Under the pieces are notes generated by a model that worked only from the letters and a program-made list of their open reading frames with translations, was not told the DNA's origin and did no database searches. 64,000 bases of DNA from Hyalangium minutum (GTDB lineage Bacteria > Myxococcota > Myxococcia > Myxococcales > Myxococcaceae). The position numbers and the translations under genes are program-made. The stretch lies in contig NZ_JMCB01000017.1 in the NCBI RefSeq assembly GCF_000737315.1, positions 1 to 64,000 of the forward strand, written 5' to 3'. Positions 38,401 to 47,109 of this stretch are shown here, one piece after another. Numbering within the stretch: the first letter of the stretch is position 1; each line of letters begins with the position of its first letter.

Positions 38401-38883
38401 GGCGAGCATCGTGGTGGTCGTCTCGGTCACTGGGTGAAAGAGCCCCACCACCTTCCCGGACTCGTCGCGGATGGGGCTCAACGAGAAGGTGAAGAACGTC
38501 TCCTCCGGGTAGCCGTTGCGCTCGAGGAACATCCGCTGGTTCTCGAGGAACGTCGTCTCCCCGGCGAGCGCACGCTCGAAGGGTCCGCCGATGGCTGGCC
38601 AGGCGGACGCCCAGGTGACACGGTAGTCCTCGCCCATCGCGCGTGGATGCGCTGCGCCACACGCCACGCGGTACCCATCGTTGTAGATCTGGTTGTGGCC
38701 GTCGCCCCAGATGATGTTGATTGGAAAATTCGAGGCGAGGCAGAGACTGACGGTGGTCCGCAGGCTCAGGGGCCAGGCCTCAATGGGTCCGAGGGGCGAG
38801 CGCGACCAGTCGAGCGACGCGATAAGCGCCGCCATTTCGCCGCCTCCGGCGAGCCATTCGAGACTCCTCGGGCCTGTGCGCAT
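35467..38883 (-). CDS. hybrid sensor kinase: PAS-like, GAF, HisKA/HATPase, REC, PAS, second HisKA/HATPase
   Basis: SHEFRTP and SHELKTP H-boxes, two N/G-box sets, receiver LSDVMMP. Confidence 0.92.
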   Translation of the reverse strand: MRTGPRSLEWLAGGGEMAALIASLDWSRSPLGPIEAWPLSLRTTVSLCLASNFPINIIWGDGHNQIYNDGYRVACGAAHPRAMGEDYRVTWASAWPAIGGPFERALAGETTFLENQRMFLERNGYPEETFFTFSLSPIRDESGKVVGLFHPVTETTTTMLAQRRTRALRDIANRAGQASVFDEACELLLSTLGEYAFDLPFALLYVTSPDGTQARLRGACGTPAGGPLAPEVIHLAEGNGSGGWPLAEAARSSRAELVTNLETRFGPVPAGAYPEPVAKAFVLQIRVAGVAAPLGFLVVAASPRLPLDEAYQAFVEMLGAAASAALGNARAYEEERLRAEALAEIDRAKTAFFSNVSHEFRTPLTLLLGPVEDLLSGRRGALPDAARGELETVHRNALRLLKLVNSLLDFSRIEAGRAQATFEPIDLAAMTRDLASAFRSAIERAGMSLVVEIQPLGEPVFVDRDMWEKIVLNLMSNAFKFTQAGEIRVSLSRAGGFAELSVRDTGIGIPESELGRVFQRFHRVQGAQGRTHEGSGIGLALVQDLAKLHGGSVEVRSVVGEGSTFLVRVPLGEVPRGLGPAPIHAQRLASTEVRAEAFVEEALRWLPDQEPEGRIVTEGPRPRILLADDNADMRDYVRRLLEGRYQVTAVTNGAEALQAARASRPDLVLSDVMMPVMDGTELVRRLRADDALHTLPVILLSARAGEEATASGLELGADDYLTKPFAAKELLARVHAQLSMAALRMQAAEQQARMANLAEQQQWLEAVLDHIPAPTLLVDPGSGQFTFANRAAHQLAGGRFPVNIDAAERSQAFRLTDEADRPMDLEQSPGGRVLRGERVRDMEVVWHSQAGRFNLVVDSGFVPAIGQQPPRSVITFQDVSRLKRVERELKSLLVSRDEFLSIASHELKTPITSLRMQLQMTERSVKPEEGRAPSPEKLAKVLRIASIQVDRLTGLINDLLDVARIRSGNIDLAFAPADLAQLARDVLEHLSGQLTQAGCRIQLEVPPRLLGVWDARRLEQVLTNLISNAMKYAPGVPLDVRLLEDGDHVRIEVRDFGPGVPEAQHDTIFDRFDRGIASRNVGGLGLGLFISRQIVRAHGGMITVESPQGGGARFVVRLPRDASHAWSGSLPSASGVPA

Positions 38884-39046
38884 ATCGAGTTCCGCTCACG
38901 GAGGCTATGCATCCAGCGCTGGGCCCGCAAGGCGGCCAGGAGCAAGTCAATACGGCCCAGGGGTGAACCCGCGCCCGAAAAGTTGCGTCCTCGGCTCCCT
39001 GCCTCAGACTGGTTGCGACCTGTTGCACCGAGGAGAGACCCCGAAC

Positions 39047-39370
39047 ATGACGCCCGCCCCCAATCCCCGTCAGGCTGAGCGCTTCCACCCTCGCGTGGAG
39101 GCCAACCTCGTGGTGAAGGTCCTCCTGCCGGGCCGCACCGTCGTCGCCAAGGCCCGCGACCTGTCCATGGCCGGCCTCTTCCTCCACGCCCAGCCCGCGG
39201 ACGCGCTGCGCGAGCTCACGCTCTCCCTCCCCCTGAACGGAGACCGGGAGATCGTCGTCAACTGCACCATCCTCCGCCGCGAGGCGAATGGCGTGGCGCT
39301 CGAGTTCGGCACGCTCGACTGGGATGACTTCCTCGCCCTGGCGCGCTTCCTCCACCCGCGCCTGCCCTGA
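39047..39370 (+). CDS. stand-alone PilZ-domain protein
   Basis: RFHPR (RxxxR) and DLSMAG (DxSxxG) c-di-GMP motifs; RBS GAGGAG. Confidence 0.85.
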   Translation: MTPAPNPRQAERFHPRVEANLVVKVLLPGRTVVAKARDLSMAGLFLHAQPADALRELTLSLPLNGDREIVVNCTILRREANGVALEFGTLDWDDFLALARFLHPRLP

Positions 39371-39382
39371 GCGGGCCGGGGC

Positions 39383-39781
39383 TCAGCTGGGCAGCAGAGC
39401 CGCGCGCAGCCGGTCCACCAGCTCCATCAGCTCCGAGCTTCGGAAGGGCTTGTGGATATAGCCGTCCGCGCCCGCCTTCGTGGCGATCTCCACATCCGCT
39501 TTGTTCGCCTTGCCGGTGAGCATGTAGACCGGGACGCTCGCCGTGGTCGGCTCGCTCTTGAGGATGCGGCACACCGTCACCCCATCCATCTTCGGCAGCA
39601 CCACGTCCATCAGGATGAGCTGGAAGGCGCGCGTCTTCGCCAGCTTCAGCCCCTCGATGCCGTCCTCCGCGCACACCACATTCACGGTGTCATCGCTCAG
39701 CATCGAGCTGACGAGCTCCCGGATGACGGGCTCGTCCTCGACGAGCAGGATGTGGAACTTGGTGGTGGATTCAGCGGCCAT
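39383..39781 (-). CDS. single-domain response regulator
   Basis: ILLVEDE, LMDVVLPKMDG, MLTG, IHKPF. Confidence 0.9.
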   Translation of the reverse strand: MAAESTTKFHILLVEDEPVIRELVSSMLSDDTVNVVCAEDGIEGLKLAKTRAFQLILMDVVLPKMDGVTVCRILKSEPTTASVPVYMLTGKANKADVEIATKAGADGYIHKPFRSSELMELVDRLRAALLPS

Positions 39782-39815
39782 GGCTCGGATCACCTGCACT
39801 ATGACAGATGGGGGG

Positions 39816-42383
39816 CTACTCGTAGGCGAGTGCCTCGACGACGTCCAGCGCCGCCGCCCTTCTTGCGGGATACAGACCTGCGACCGCAGCACACAATGTG
39901 GCCGTTAGGGACATCTGCAGCGCGACTCCTGTCGGGAAGACATACGGAAAGCTCCACCCCAGGGATTGCTCGCTCACCATTTGAGTGATGATCCCCCCCA
40001 GCACCGTGCCCGATAGGACTCCAATGAGTCCTCCTGACAGGCCGATGAAGGTGGCCTCACCCACGAAGAGCCACAGCACGTGGGACTTCGCCGCCCCCAC
40101 CGCCCGGAGCAGGCCAATCTCCCGCGTCCGGTCCAGCACCGCCGCCAGCAGCGTGTTGATGACCCCGAGCAGCGCCAGCAGCACCGCCACGGCCTCCATC
40201 GCGTAGGTCACCGTGAACGCGTCGTCGACGAGCGAGGTGGCCTCGTGGCGAAGCTCACTGTGGGACAGCACGTAGAGGTTGTACTGGCGCCCGTGGGCCT
40301 CGGTGATGGCGCGGCGCACTTCCTCCAACCTGCTCAGGTCCGTCAGGTACGTCTCGAAGATGTCCACCTGCCGGTCCTGGAAGTGCGCCATGTAGACGTC
40401 CCGCGAGAGCACCAGGGTGCCCTGGTCCGAGGTGTAGTCCATCGCCACGGCGCCCACCGTATAGGTGCGGACACCCGTGGGCGTGGACATCTCCACGGTG
40501 CTCCCCACGTGCAGGCCGCGGCGGCGCGACAGGTTCTCGGAGATGATGACGCGCCCCTGGCGCCACTCCTCCGGCGTCAGCATGCGGCCCTCGAGGAAGA
40601 GGGGCTTCGCCCGCTGCTCGTAGATCTCGGGAATGAGCGAGATGACGTAGGCCCGCAGGCCCAGCACGTCGTGAGGAAGGATGCGCACGCGATCCACTCG
40701 GTCCACGCCCGGCAGCTTCTCGATGGCGTCGCCCAGTTCGGGCCGCATCGGCTGGTTCTGCACGCCCGCTGTCCTCGCGGACGAGGTGACGAAGAGATCC
40801 GCTGGCACCGCCTGGTTGATCCACCGCTGCGTCGACTCGTGGAACGAGCCCACGAACCCCGCGATGCACACCGCCATGGACACGCCCACGGCGAGCGCCG
40901 ACACGGGCACCGAGGTCCGCACCGGCGCCCGGGCGAAGTTGTCCGCCGCGAGCCTTCCGCTCACGCCCAGCAGCCGCTCGCCCGGCCCTCGGTAGACGTA
41001 CCAGAGCCCGCGGAGCAGCGTGGGCGCCAGCAGCGTGGAGCCCATGAGCACCAGGAAGATGCCCAGGTAGCCTCCCACCGGCAGGTTCTCCACCGGAGGT
41101 GGCAGCCGCGCCAGCGGATACACCGCCGCGAGGCACCCCAGCCCGGCCCATTGCGCCCAGGACTTCGTGCTGCCCACCTGCACGCCCGCCGCCGCGTCCT
41201 TGCGCAGCGCCTCCACCGGCTGCACCCGCGAAGCGTGCAGGGCCGGCCACAGCGCCGCGAACGCACTGCCCAGGACCCCGAGCGCGATGCCCAGCCCCAG
41301 CTCGAGCGCGGTGATTGTCACGTCTCGCGCGTTCACCTTCACATAAAGGCTGGAGATGGACTGGGAGACGGCACCGATGGCGCCCCGCCCCACCAGCGCC
41401 CCCAGTGGCAGCCCAAGCGCCGTACCCAGGGCGCCCAGCATCATCGCCTCCAGGGTGAACAAGGCCCGGATGCGCAGGCGCGAGGCTCCCAGCGCTCGCA
41501 GCGTGCCGATCTCCCGCCGACGCTGCACCACGCTGATGGAGATCGTGTTGTAGACGAGGAACACCCCGACCAGCAGCGCCACCCCAGAGCCCAGGTTGAG
41601 CCCCATCTGGAAGCTGCGGACCATGGTCTCCACCGAGCTGCCACGCCGCGAGGGACGCTCCACCTCGAACGCCGGCCCCAGCGCCTTGCGAAGCCCCTCA
41701 CGCACCGCCTCCACGCCCTGCTTCGGGTCCACCGCCACGTCGATGCGGTCCAGCACCCGGTCCCGCCCGAACGCCGCCTGGGCCGAGGCCACGTCCATCA
41801 CCGCCACCGAGCCACCGAACGCCTTGATGGGCCCGGACTCGCGGATCAGCGCGTGCACGATGAAGTCCTGCGCCCCGCTGGAGGTCATCAGCCCGAAGGT
41901 GTCTCCCACCTTCAGCTGGTGCTCGCGGGCAAAGCGCTCGGACACCAGCAGCCGATCCGTCGAGTTGAGGAACTCCAGGTCCTCCGTCAGCGCGCGGAGG
42001 TCTTTATCCACGCCCTCGTAGGTGCGGAAGTAGCCGTCATCCAGCAGGTCCACGCCCATGACGTAGAGGGACTCGCCCGGAGCGTTCTGCACCGGCGCGA
42101 CAACGGAGAGGCCACCCGACGCATGCAACACCCCGGGCACTTTCCGGACTCGCTGGAGGACCTCCTCGGGAAAGCCGACCTGCGAGCCTGCCACCGTGAG
42201 GTCCGCCTTCCCGGCGATGGTGTCCACCGTGGAGCGGAACGCCTCCATCACCGAGCGGTTGATGGCGGTGACGCCCACCATCGTCGCCACGCCCACGGCC
42301 ACTCCCACCAGGGTCAGGGCGGTGCGCAGCGGAGCCTGCAGCAGGTGCCGCAGCGAGACGAGTCTCAGCAGAGGGAGGAACAC
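39816..42383 (-). CDS. ABC transporter permease, MacB/FtsX type (duplicated architecture)
   Basis: LRTALTLVGVAVGVA; two RRREIGTLRALGA / RTREIGLLRAVGA FtsX motifs; YPARRAA..D.VEAL.YE. Confidence 0.92.
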   Translation of the reverse strand: MFLPLLRLVSLRHLLQAPLRTALTLVGVAVGVATMVGVTAINRSVMEAFRSTVDTIAGKADLTVAGSQVGFPEEVLQRVRKVPGVLHASGGLSVVAPVQNAPGESLYVMGVDLLDDGYFRTYEGVDKDLRALTEDLEFLNSTDRLLVSERFAREHQLKVGDTFGLMTSSGAQDFIVHALIRESGPIKAFGGSVAVMDVASAQAAFGRDRVLDRIDVAVDPKQGVEAVREGLRKALGPAFEVERPSRRGSSVETMVRSFQMGLNLGSGVALLVGVFLVYNTISISVVQRRREIGTLRALGASRLRIRALFTLEAMMLGALGTALGLPLGALVGRGAIGAVSQSISSLYVKVNARDVTITALELGLGIALGVLGSAFAALWPALHASRVQPVEALRKDAAAGVQVGSTKSWAQWAGLGCLAAVYPLARLPPPVENLPVGGYLGIFLVLMGSTLLAPTLLRGLWYVYRGPGERLLGVSGRLAADNFARAPVRTSVPVSALAVGVSMAVCIAGFVGSFHESTQRWINQAVPADLFVTSSARTAGVQNQPMRPELGDAIEKLPGVDRVDRVRILPHDVLGLRAYVISLIPEIYEQRAKPLFLEGRMLTPEEWRQGRVIISENLSRRRGLHVGSTVEMSTPTGVRTYTVGAVAMDYTSDQGTLVLSRDVYMAHFQDRQVDIFETYLTDLSRLEEVRRAITEAHGRQYNLYVLSHSELRHEATSLVDDAFTVTYAMEAVAVLLALLGVINTLLAAVLDRTREIGLLRAVGAAKSHVLWLFVGEATFIGLSGGLIGVLSGTVLGGIITQMVSEQSLGWSFPYVFPTGVALQMSLTATLCAAVAGLYPARRAAALDVVEALAYE

Positions 42384-42453
42384 GCGGCGTCAGCTTAACC
42401 CGCTGCCTCTGCTCGCGCCCGGGCAGCGGGCTCGGTACGGCCGCGAGGCGGCC

Positions 42454-42825
42454 TCAGGGCAGCTCACCGTCCAGCCACCGCTCCGCCTCCTCGCGGGAGA
42501 AGGCCAGGTGAGGCTCGTGCTGGGCCTCCTTGCTGGTACGCGCGAGCTGGAGCGCGGTGTGCGGCGAGCGGCCCACGATTCGCACGGCGCGTCCGAACTT
42601 CCGCGCACGCTGCGCCTCCACGATCCGCTTGAACTCGGCCATGCTCTCGGGGCCTAGCGCCTCGGCGTTCGACAGGTCCGACACCACATCGAACCCCGGC
42701 CGCAGACGATCCATCTCCTTGATGATGGCATCGGCGACGGCCTTCGCCTGGGCGTTGTCGACCTGGCCTTCAATGCGGATGAAGATCCGGTTCTTGCCTA
42801 CATCGGCATGAATATCGACGACCAC
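42454..42825 (-). CDS. small STAS/SEC14 (SpoIIAA-like) protein candidate
   Basis: 123 aa alpha/beta pattern, VVSDLS, C-terminal FSREEAERWL. Confidence 0.55.
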   Translation of the reverse strand: MVVDIHADVGKNRIFIRIEGQVDNAQAKAVADAIIKEMDRLRPGFDVVSDLSNAEALGPESMAEFKRIVEAQRARKFGRAVRIVGRSPHTALQLARTSKEAQHEPHLAFSREEAERWLDGELP

Positions 42826-42901
42826 GTGCGGTGACCCCCAGGCATGGGATGGCAGGCCCCCCGGCTTCCTTCTTCTTCAGTCTACCTGCTTCTTGCTCCT
42901 G

Positions 42902-43594
42902 TCAAGCAGCCTGACTGCTGACTCGCTCATCTCCTACGACGAGACCATCCGCCAACCGGACGATCCGGTCTCCCACCTCCGCCGCCCGGGGGTCATGGGT
43001 GACCATCACCACCGTCAGCTGGCGCTCGCGTGTCGCCTCCCTGAGCAGGCGGAGGACCTCGGTGCCCGTCTTCGAGTCCAGGTTCCCGGTGGGCTCATCG
43101 GCCAGCAGCAGGGCCGGCTCCGTCAGGAGGGCCCGGGCCACCGCCACGCGCTGCATCTCCCCTCCGGACAGCTCGTCCGGCCGGTGCTGGGAGCGCCCGC
43201 GCAGGCCTACCGTCTCCAGCAGCGCCTCGGCGCGCGAGAGCATCTCCGCCCGAGGCCGGCCCGCCAGCAGACCCGGCAACATCACGTTCTCCACCGCCGT
43301 CAGGGTGGGCATCAGGTTGAAGAACTGGAACACGAAGCCCAGCCGCTCCCGCCGGAAGGCCGAGAGCGAGGTGTCATCCATCCGCGCCAGCTCCTGACCG
43401 CCAATCCGGATGCTCCCACCCGTAGGCACATCCAGCGCGCCCAGCAGGTTGAGCAGCGTGCTCTTCCCGGAGCCCGAGGGCCCCATCACCGAGAGGAACT
43501 CCCCCCGAGGCACCGTCAAGGACACGCCCGCCAGCGCCCGCACCTCCGTGCGGCCTCGGCGGTACACCTTCGTTGCCTCGTGGACCTCGATCAT
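42902..43594 (-). CDS. ABC transporter ATP-binding protein (LolD/MacB type)
   Basis: GPSGSGKS, LSGGEMQRVAVARAL, LLADEPTGNLDS, VTHD; ATGA overlap with the BatE-like gene. Confidence 0.95.
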   Translation of the reverse strand: MIEVHEATKVYRRGRTEVRALAGVSLTVPRGEFLSVMGPSGSGKSTLLNLLGALDVPTGGSIRIGGQELARMDDTSLSAFRRERLGFVFQFFNLMPTLTAVENVMLPGLLAGRPRAEMLSRAEALLETVGLRGRSQHRPDELSGGEMQRVAVARALLTEPALLLADEPTGNLDSKTGTEVLRLLREATRERQLTVVMVTHDPRAAEVGDRIVRLADGLVVGDERVSSQAA

Positions 43595-44340
43595 ATCTCC
43601 GCTACACCCTCTCGCTCGACCCACCCCTCCAGCCCGTTGGGCAGGCGGATGCGCACGTAGCGCCCCGCGTCCTCTAGCAGCCGGATCTTCAGGCCCTCAT
43701 GCACGTCGAAGAGCACCTTGGCGTCACCCTTGGGGAGCTCGCGCGCCACCAGCGTCCGAGAGAGCACCACCGCCTCATGGAGCGTGCGCGCCACCCACAC
43801 GTGCGCTCCCAGCAGCGCCCCCGAGGGCAGCGCCACCACGAGCGCCAGCCCCGCGAGCACTGCCGCCCACGTGCGGCGGCCGGGCTTCAGGAAGTAGAAG
43901 AGCAGCAGCAGCGCGAAGGCCGCCACCCACGCTCCGAGGAACACCCCAGCCACCACCGTCTCGGGCGTGGCCTTCACCAGCCGGGTGACGAAGTCCTCCT
44001 CCACGGCGGCGCCCTCGACCTTGTCCTTCTGCTGAGCGCGGGCGAGCGCGAGGTTGGCCTCCAGGTCCGGGGCCCGGCCACCTGCCTTCCACGCGCGCTC
44101 CAGCGAGAGCACCGCACGGCCCAGGTCTCCCTGCGCCAGGTACGTGGTGCCCAGGTTGTAGAGCACGTCCGGGCCACCCTGGCCGTGGGAGATCAGCTTC
44201 TCGTAGCCCTCCCGGGCCGTGGCGTAGTCCTCGCGGGTGTAGGCCTCGTTGGCCTGGGTGAAGAGCTCCTGGGCCTCCTCGGGCGTGTAGTAGCCCTGGC
44301 CCAGCAGCGTGGCGACGAGCATGGCGGTGATGGCGCTCAC
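43591..44340 (-). CDS. BatE-like TPR + TM + SH3 protein
   Basis: N-terminal TPRs (YNLGTTY), two TM helices, SH3-like tail (HEGLKIRLLE...GWVER). Confidence 0.75.
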   Translation of the reverse strand: MSAITAMLVATLLGQGYYTPEEAQELFTQANEAYTREDYATAREGYEKLISHGQGGPDVLYNLGTTYLAQGDLGRAVLSLERAWKAGGRAPDLEANLALARAQQKDKVEGAAVEEDFVTRLVKATPETVVAGVFLGAWVAAFALLLLFYFLKPGRRTWAAVLAGLALVVALPSGALLGAHVWVARTLHEAVVLSRTLVARELPKGDAKVLFDVHEGLKIRLLEDAGRYVRIRLPNGLEGWVEREGVAEI

Positions 44341-46193
44341 TTCTCCCAGCCCTCCATCACGGCCTCGGCGTCGTCGAGGACCCGGTTGCGCTCGGACAGC
44401 TCCGAGCCGCCGCCAAAGCGCCCCATGTCACAGGCCTCCAGCACGAACAGCACCTTCGAGCGCCGCTCCGGAGCCACTCCCGCCGCCACCATCTTCTCGC
44501 TCAGCACCTCGCGGGTGAGCCCCACCACCGGGATGTGCAGCCGGGCCTCCAGGAAGCCCATGAGCGCCTTCTCCACCTCGGCGTAGAAGGCGCTGGTGCT
44601 GCCCTCGCCCACCAGCTTCTCCGCCGCGGCCAGCCGCTTGCGCGCGGCCCGGGCCTGCTGCTTCTTGCGGCCCGCCTCGGACTGCGTGAGGAGCCGTCCG
44701 CGCACCTGGCCCACCCCCATCACCCCGAGCAGCAGCCCCACCGGCGCCAGCACCGCGGGCAGGAAGAAACCCCGCTCCCACAGCGGCGTGGAGGGCGCCA
44801 TGAAGCGCGCCTGGTAGCGCAGCGGACGCAGGCCGCTGGCGGTGAGCACGTTCTTCTGCTCGTTGGCCGCGTCATGCGATGGAGGGGACAGCGGTCCCGT
44901 CGAAGTGGCCCCACCCGAGCCCGCCTCCACCGTGATGGTGACCGGGTCCGTGCGCGTCACGTCGTACTCGCGGCGGCGCGGGTCGAAGTACGGGAACTCC
45001 AGCGCCGGCAGCGTGAAGGTCCCCGTGCGCTGCGGCATCACCAGGTACTCCATCATCCGGCGGCCCTGGATCTTGTTCTTGTTGGGGGTGACCTTGTCCG
45101 TCGTCGTCGGGTCGTAGACCTTGAGCGCCGCGGGCGCCGTCAGCTTCGGCGGGGTGACGTTCTTCACGTTGCCCGTGCCCTCGAGGATCACCTTCACGGT
45201 GATGGGCTGGCCCAGCTCCACGCTCGTGGGGCTCACGTCCAGGGTCAGCTGCCAGCTCCCCACGTGGGCGTTGGCGATGCCCGCGGGTCCACCCGGCGGC
45301 AGCGGCTTCACCTTCACCTTGAGCCCGTTGGCCACGCGGTGCACCCGGTGGCCCGCGAACAGGAAGCCCGTGGTGATGTCCGCCTCGGCCGGGGTGATGT
45401 TGAGCGTGCCCGCCTTCACCGGGAACAGGGCCCGGCGGCGCAGCAGGTAGGCGCGATAGGGAATGCCGTTGACGATCTTCTGCTCTCCCGAGAGCTGCGT
45501 GGGGCTCTCCACGTCCTCGCTCCAGAAGCCCTCCAGCTTGGGCATGGTGACCGCATCCACGCTGGACAGATCCACCCGCGAGTAGATGTAGAGCGACAGC
45601 GTCGTCTGCTCGCCCACGTAGATCTCGTCCCGGTCGAGGCTCGCGCGCAGGAACAGGTCCGAGTCGCCTCGGGGGATGACGGGCTCGTCATCCATCTCCA
45701 TGCCCTCGAAGGGGTCCTGCCCCCCGGGGAAGTTCTGGAACGGATCCGGCAGCGATGGGCGCGAGGCCTGTCCTGGAGCGGGTCCCAGCCGGCCCTGCTT
45801 CACCGTCAGCTCAATGGGGTCCGTCTTATAGGTGCGGCCCGCGGTGGTGAGCACGGCGGGTGGGATGGTGATCCTGCCCGTGCGCGTGGCGCGGAGGATG
45901 AGCGTGTGGGTGGTGACGTCCTGGATGACGGCGGGGCCACCGCCAGAGAGCTGAATGGAGCGCTGGCTGCTGCGCGAGGAGGAGAGGACCTCGAAGTCCC
46001 TCGGGGCGGGCAGCTGGACCTGGGCGGAGGGCGGAGCATCCGCCACCACCACCGAGAGGCGCACGGTGTCCTCGGTGCCGACCTCGGTGCGATCCACCTT
46101 TTGGTAGAACTCGATGTCCGCCCACGCTGGCGCAGAGGCCAGCAGGGCCAACCCAGCGAGCAGCGCTGTCCAGCCGCTACCAGTCCTTCTCAT
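44337..46193 (-). CDS. BatD-family protein
   Basis: Signal peptide, Ig-like repeats, YVGEQ, G.GN, LPALEFPYFDP, single TM, C-terminal helical domain. Confidence 0.8.
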   Translation of the reverse strand: MRRTGSGWTALLAGLALLASAPAWADIEFYQKVDRTEVGTEDTVRLSVVVADAPPSAQVQLPAPRDFEVLSSSRSSQRSIQLSGGGPAVIQDVTTHTLILRATRTGRITIPPAVLTTAGRTYKTDPIELTVKQGRLGPAPGQASRPSLPDPFQNFPGGQDPFEGMEMDDEPVIPRGDSDLFLRASLDRDEIYVGEQTTLSLYIYSRVDLSSVDAVTMPKLEGFWSEDVESPTQLSGEQKIVNGIPYRAYLLRRRALFPVKAGTLNITPAEADITTGFLFAGHRVHRVANGLKVKVKPLPPGGPAGIANAHVGSWQLTLDVSPTSVELGQPITVKVILEGTGNVKNVTPPKLTAPAALKVYDPTTTDKVTPNKNKIQGRRMMEYLVMPQRTGTFTLPALEFPYFDPRRREYDVTRTDPVTITVEAGSGGATSTGPLSPPSHDAANEQKNVLTASGLRPLRYQARFMAPSTPLWERGFFLPAVLAPVGLLLGVMGVGQVRGRLLTQSEAGRKKQQARAARKRLAAAEKLVGEGSTSAFYAEVEKALMGFLEARLHIPVVGLTREVLSEKMVAAGVAPERRSKVLFVLEACDMGRFGGGSELSERNRVLDDAEAVMEGWEK

Positions 46194-47109
46194 TGGGCTT
46201 CCTCTGCTTCTTCTTCTGCTGGAAACGCCACAGCTGCAGATTCTTCTCGTTCTGCTTCATCGCATCCAGCAGGCGCTCCGCCTCCTGCCGATCGATGTCC
46301 TCGGGGCTCACGCCCGCATCCACCTCGTACTCGGTCTGCTCCTCGGCGTCGCCGGTGCCACCGTCCGACCCGCCATCGCCCTGCTCGGGCTCACCTTCGC
46401 CCGAACCGCCATCGGAGCCACCATCCGAGCCGCCATCCCCCTGGCCCTGTCCCTGCCCACCATCCCCGCCGCCATCCTGGCCTCCGTCCGAGCCTCCATC
46501 GCCCTGCGGCCCGCCGTCGGCGCCGCCATCCGTCCCTCCGTCCACGGGACGGCCACCATCCTGCGGCTTGCCACCATCCGCCCCACCATCCGTCCGGCCA
46601 CCGTCTGAACCCCCATCGCTGCCGCCGTCCGTGCCGCCGTCCGCCCCGTTCTGCTGCGGCGGAGGCAGGTTGCGCAGCACCACCTCATAGTTGTGGCGGG
46701 CGAGCTCGTCGTTGGGGTCCAGCTTGAGGGCGCGCCGGTACGCCTGCAGCGCCTCCTTGCGCTCGCCCGTGGTGGCGTGGATGTTGCCCAGGTTGTACCA
46801 GGCCTTCTCCTGCAGATCGGGCCGGGTGGACTCGGTGACGCGCTGGAAGGCCGACTTCGCCTCCGCCACGCGCCCGAGCTGCGCCAGGGCGACGCCGCGG
46901 TTGTACTCCACCGCCGGATCCTGGGGCCGGTCCTGCTTGGCCTCCTCGAAGGCCGCGAGCGCTCCCTCGTAGTCCTTCGCGTCGTACGCCGCGCGGCCCT
47001 TGGCCACGAGCGGGTGATCCACCTCCAGCGGGCCCGCGGCCCACGCCGGAGCGGAGAGCCCCACGACGAGCACCCATGCCAACACGCGCATGCCCAGGCC
47101 CCGGCTCAT
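46177..47109 (-). CDS. BatC-like TPR protein with acidic DGG-repeat linker
   Basis: Signal peptide, TPRs (YNRGVAL, WYNLGN, ARHNYE), AERLLDAMKQNEK, C-terminal KDW. Confidence 0.8.
   Translation of the reverse strand: MSRGLGMRVLAWVLVVGLSAPAWAAGPLEVDHPLVAKGRAAYDAKDYEGALAAFEEAKQDRPQDPAVEYNRGVALAQLGRVAEAKSAFQRVTESTRPDLQEKAWYNLGNIHATTGERKEALQAYRRALKLDPNDELARHNYEVVLRNLPPPQQNGADGGTDGGSDGGSDGGRTDGGADGGKPQDGGRPVDGGTDGGADGGPQGDGGSDGGQDGGGDGGQGQGQGDGGSDGGSDGGSGEGEPEQGDGGSDGGTGDAEEQTEYEVDAGVSPEDIDRQEAERLLDAMKQNEKNLQLWRFQQKKKQRKPNEKDW
46340..46660 (-). repeat. low-complexity (x-DGG)n coding repeat, about 19 DGG units
   Basis: ADGGTDGGSDGGSDGG... in the BatC-like protein. Confidence 0.85.
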
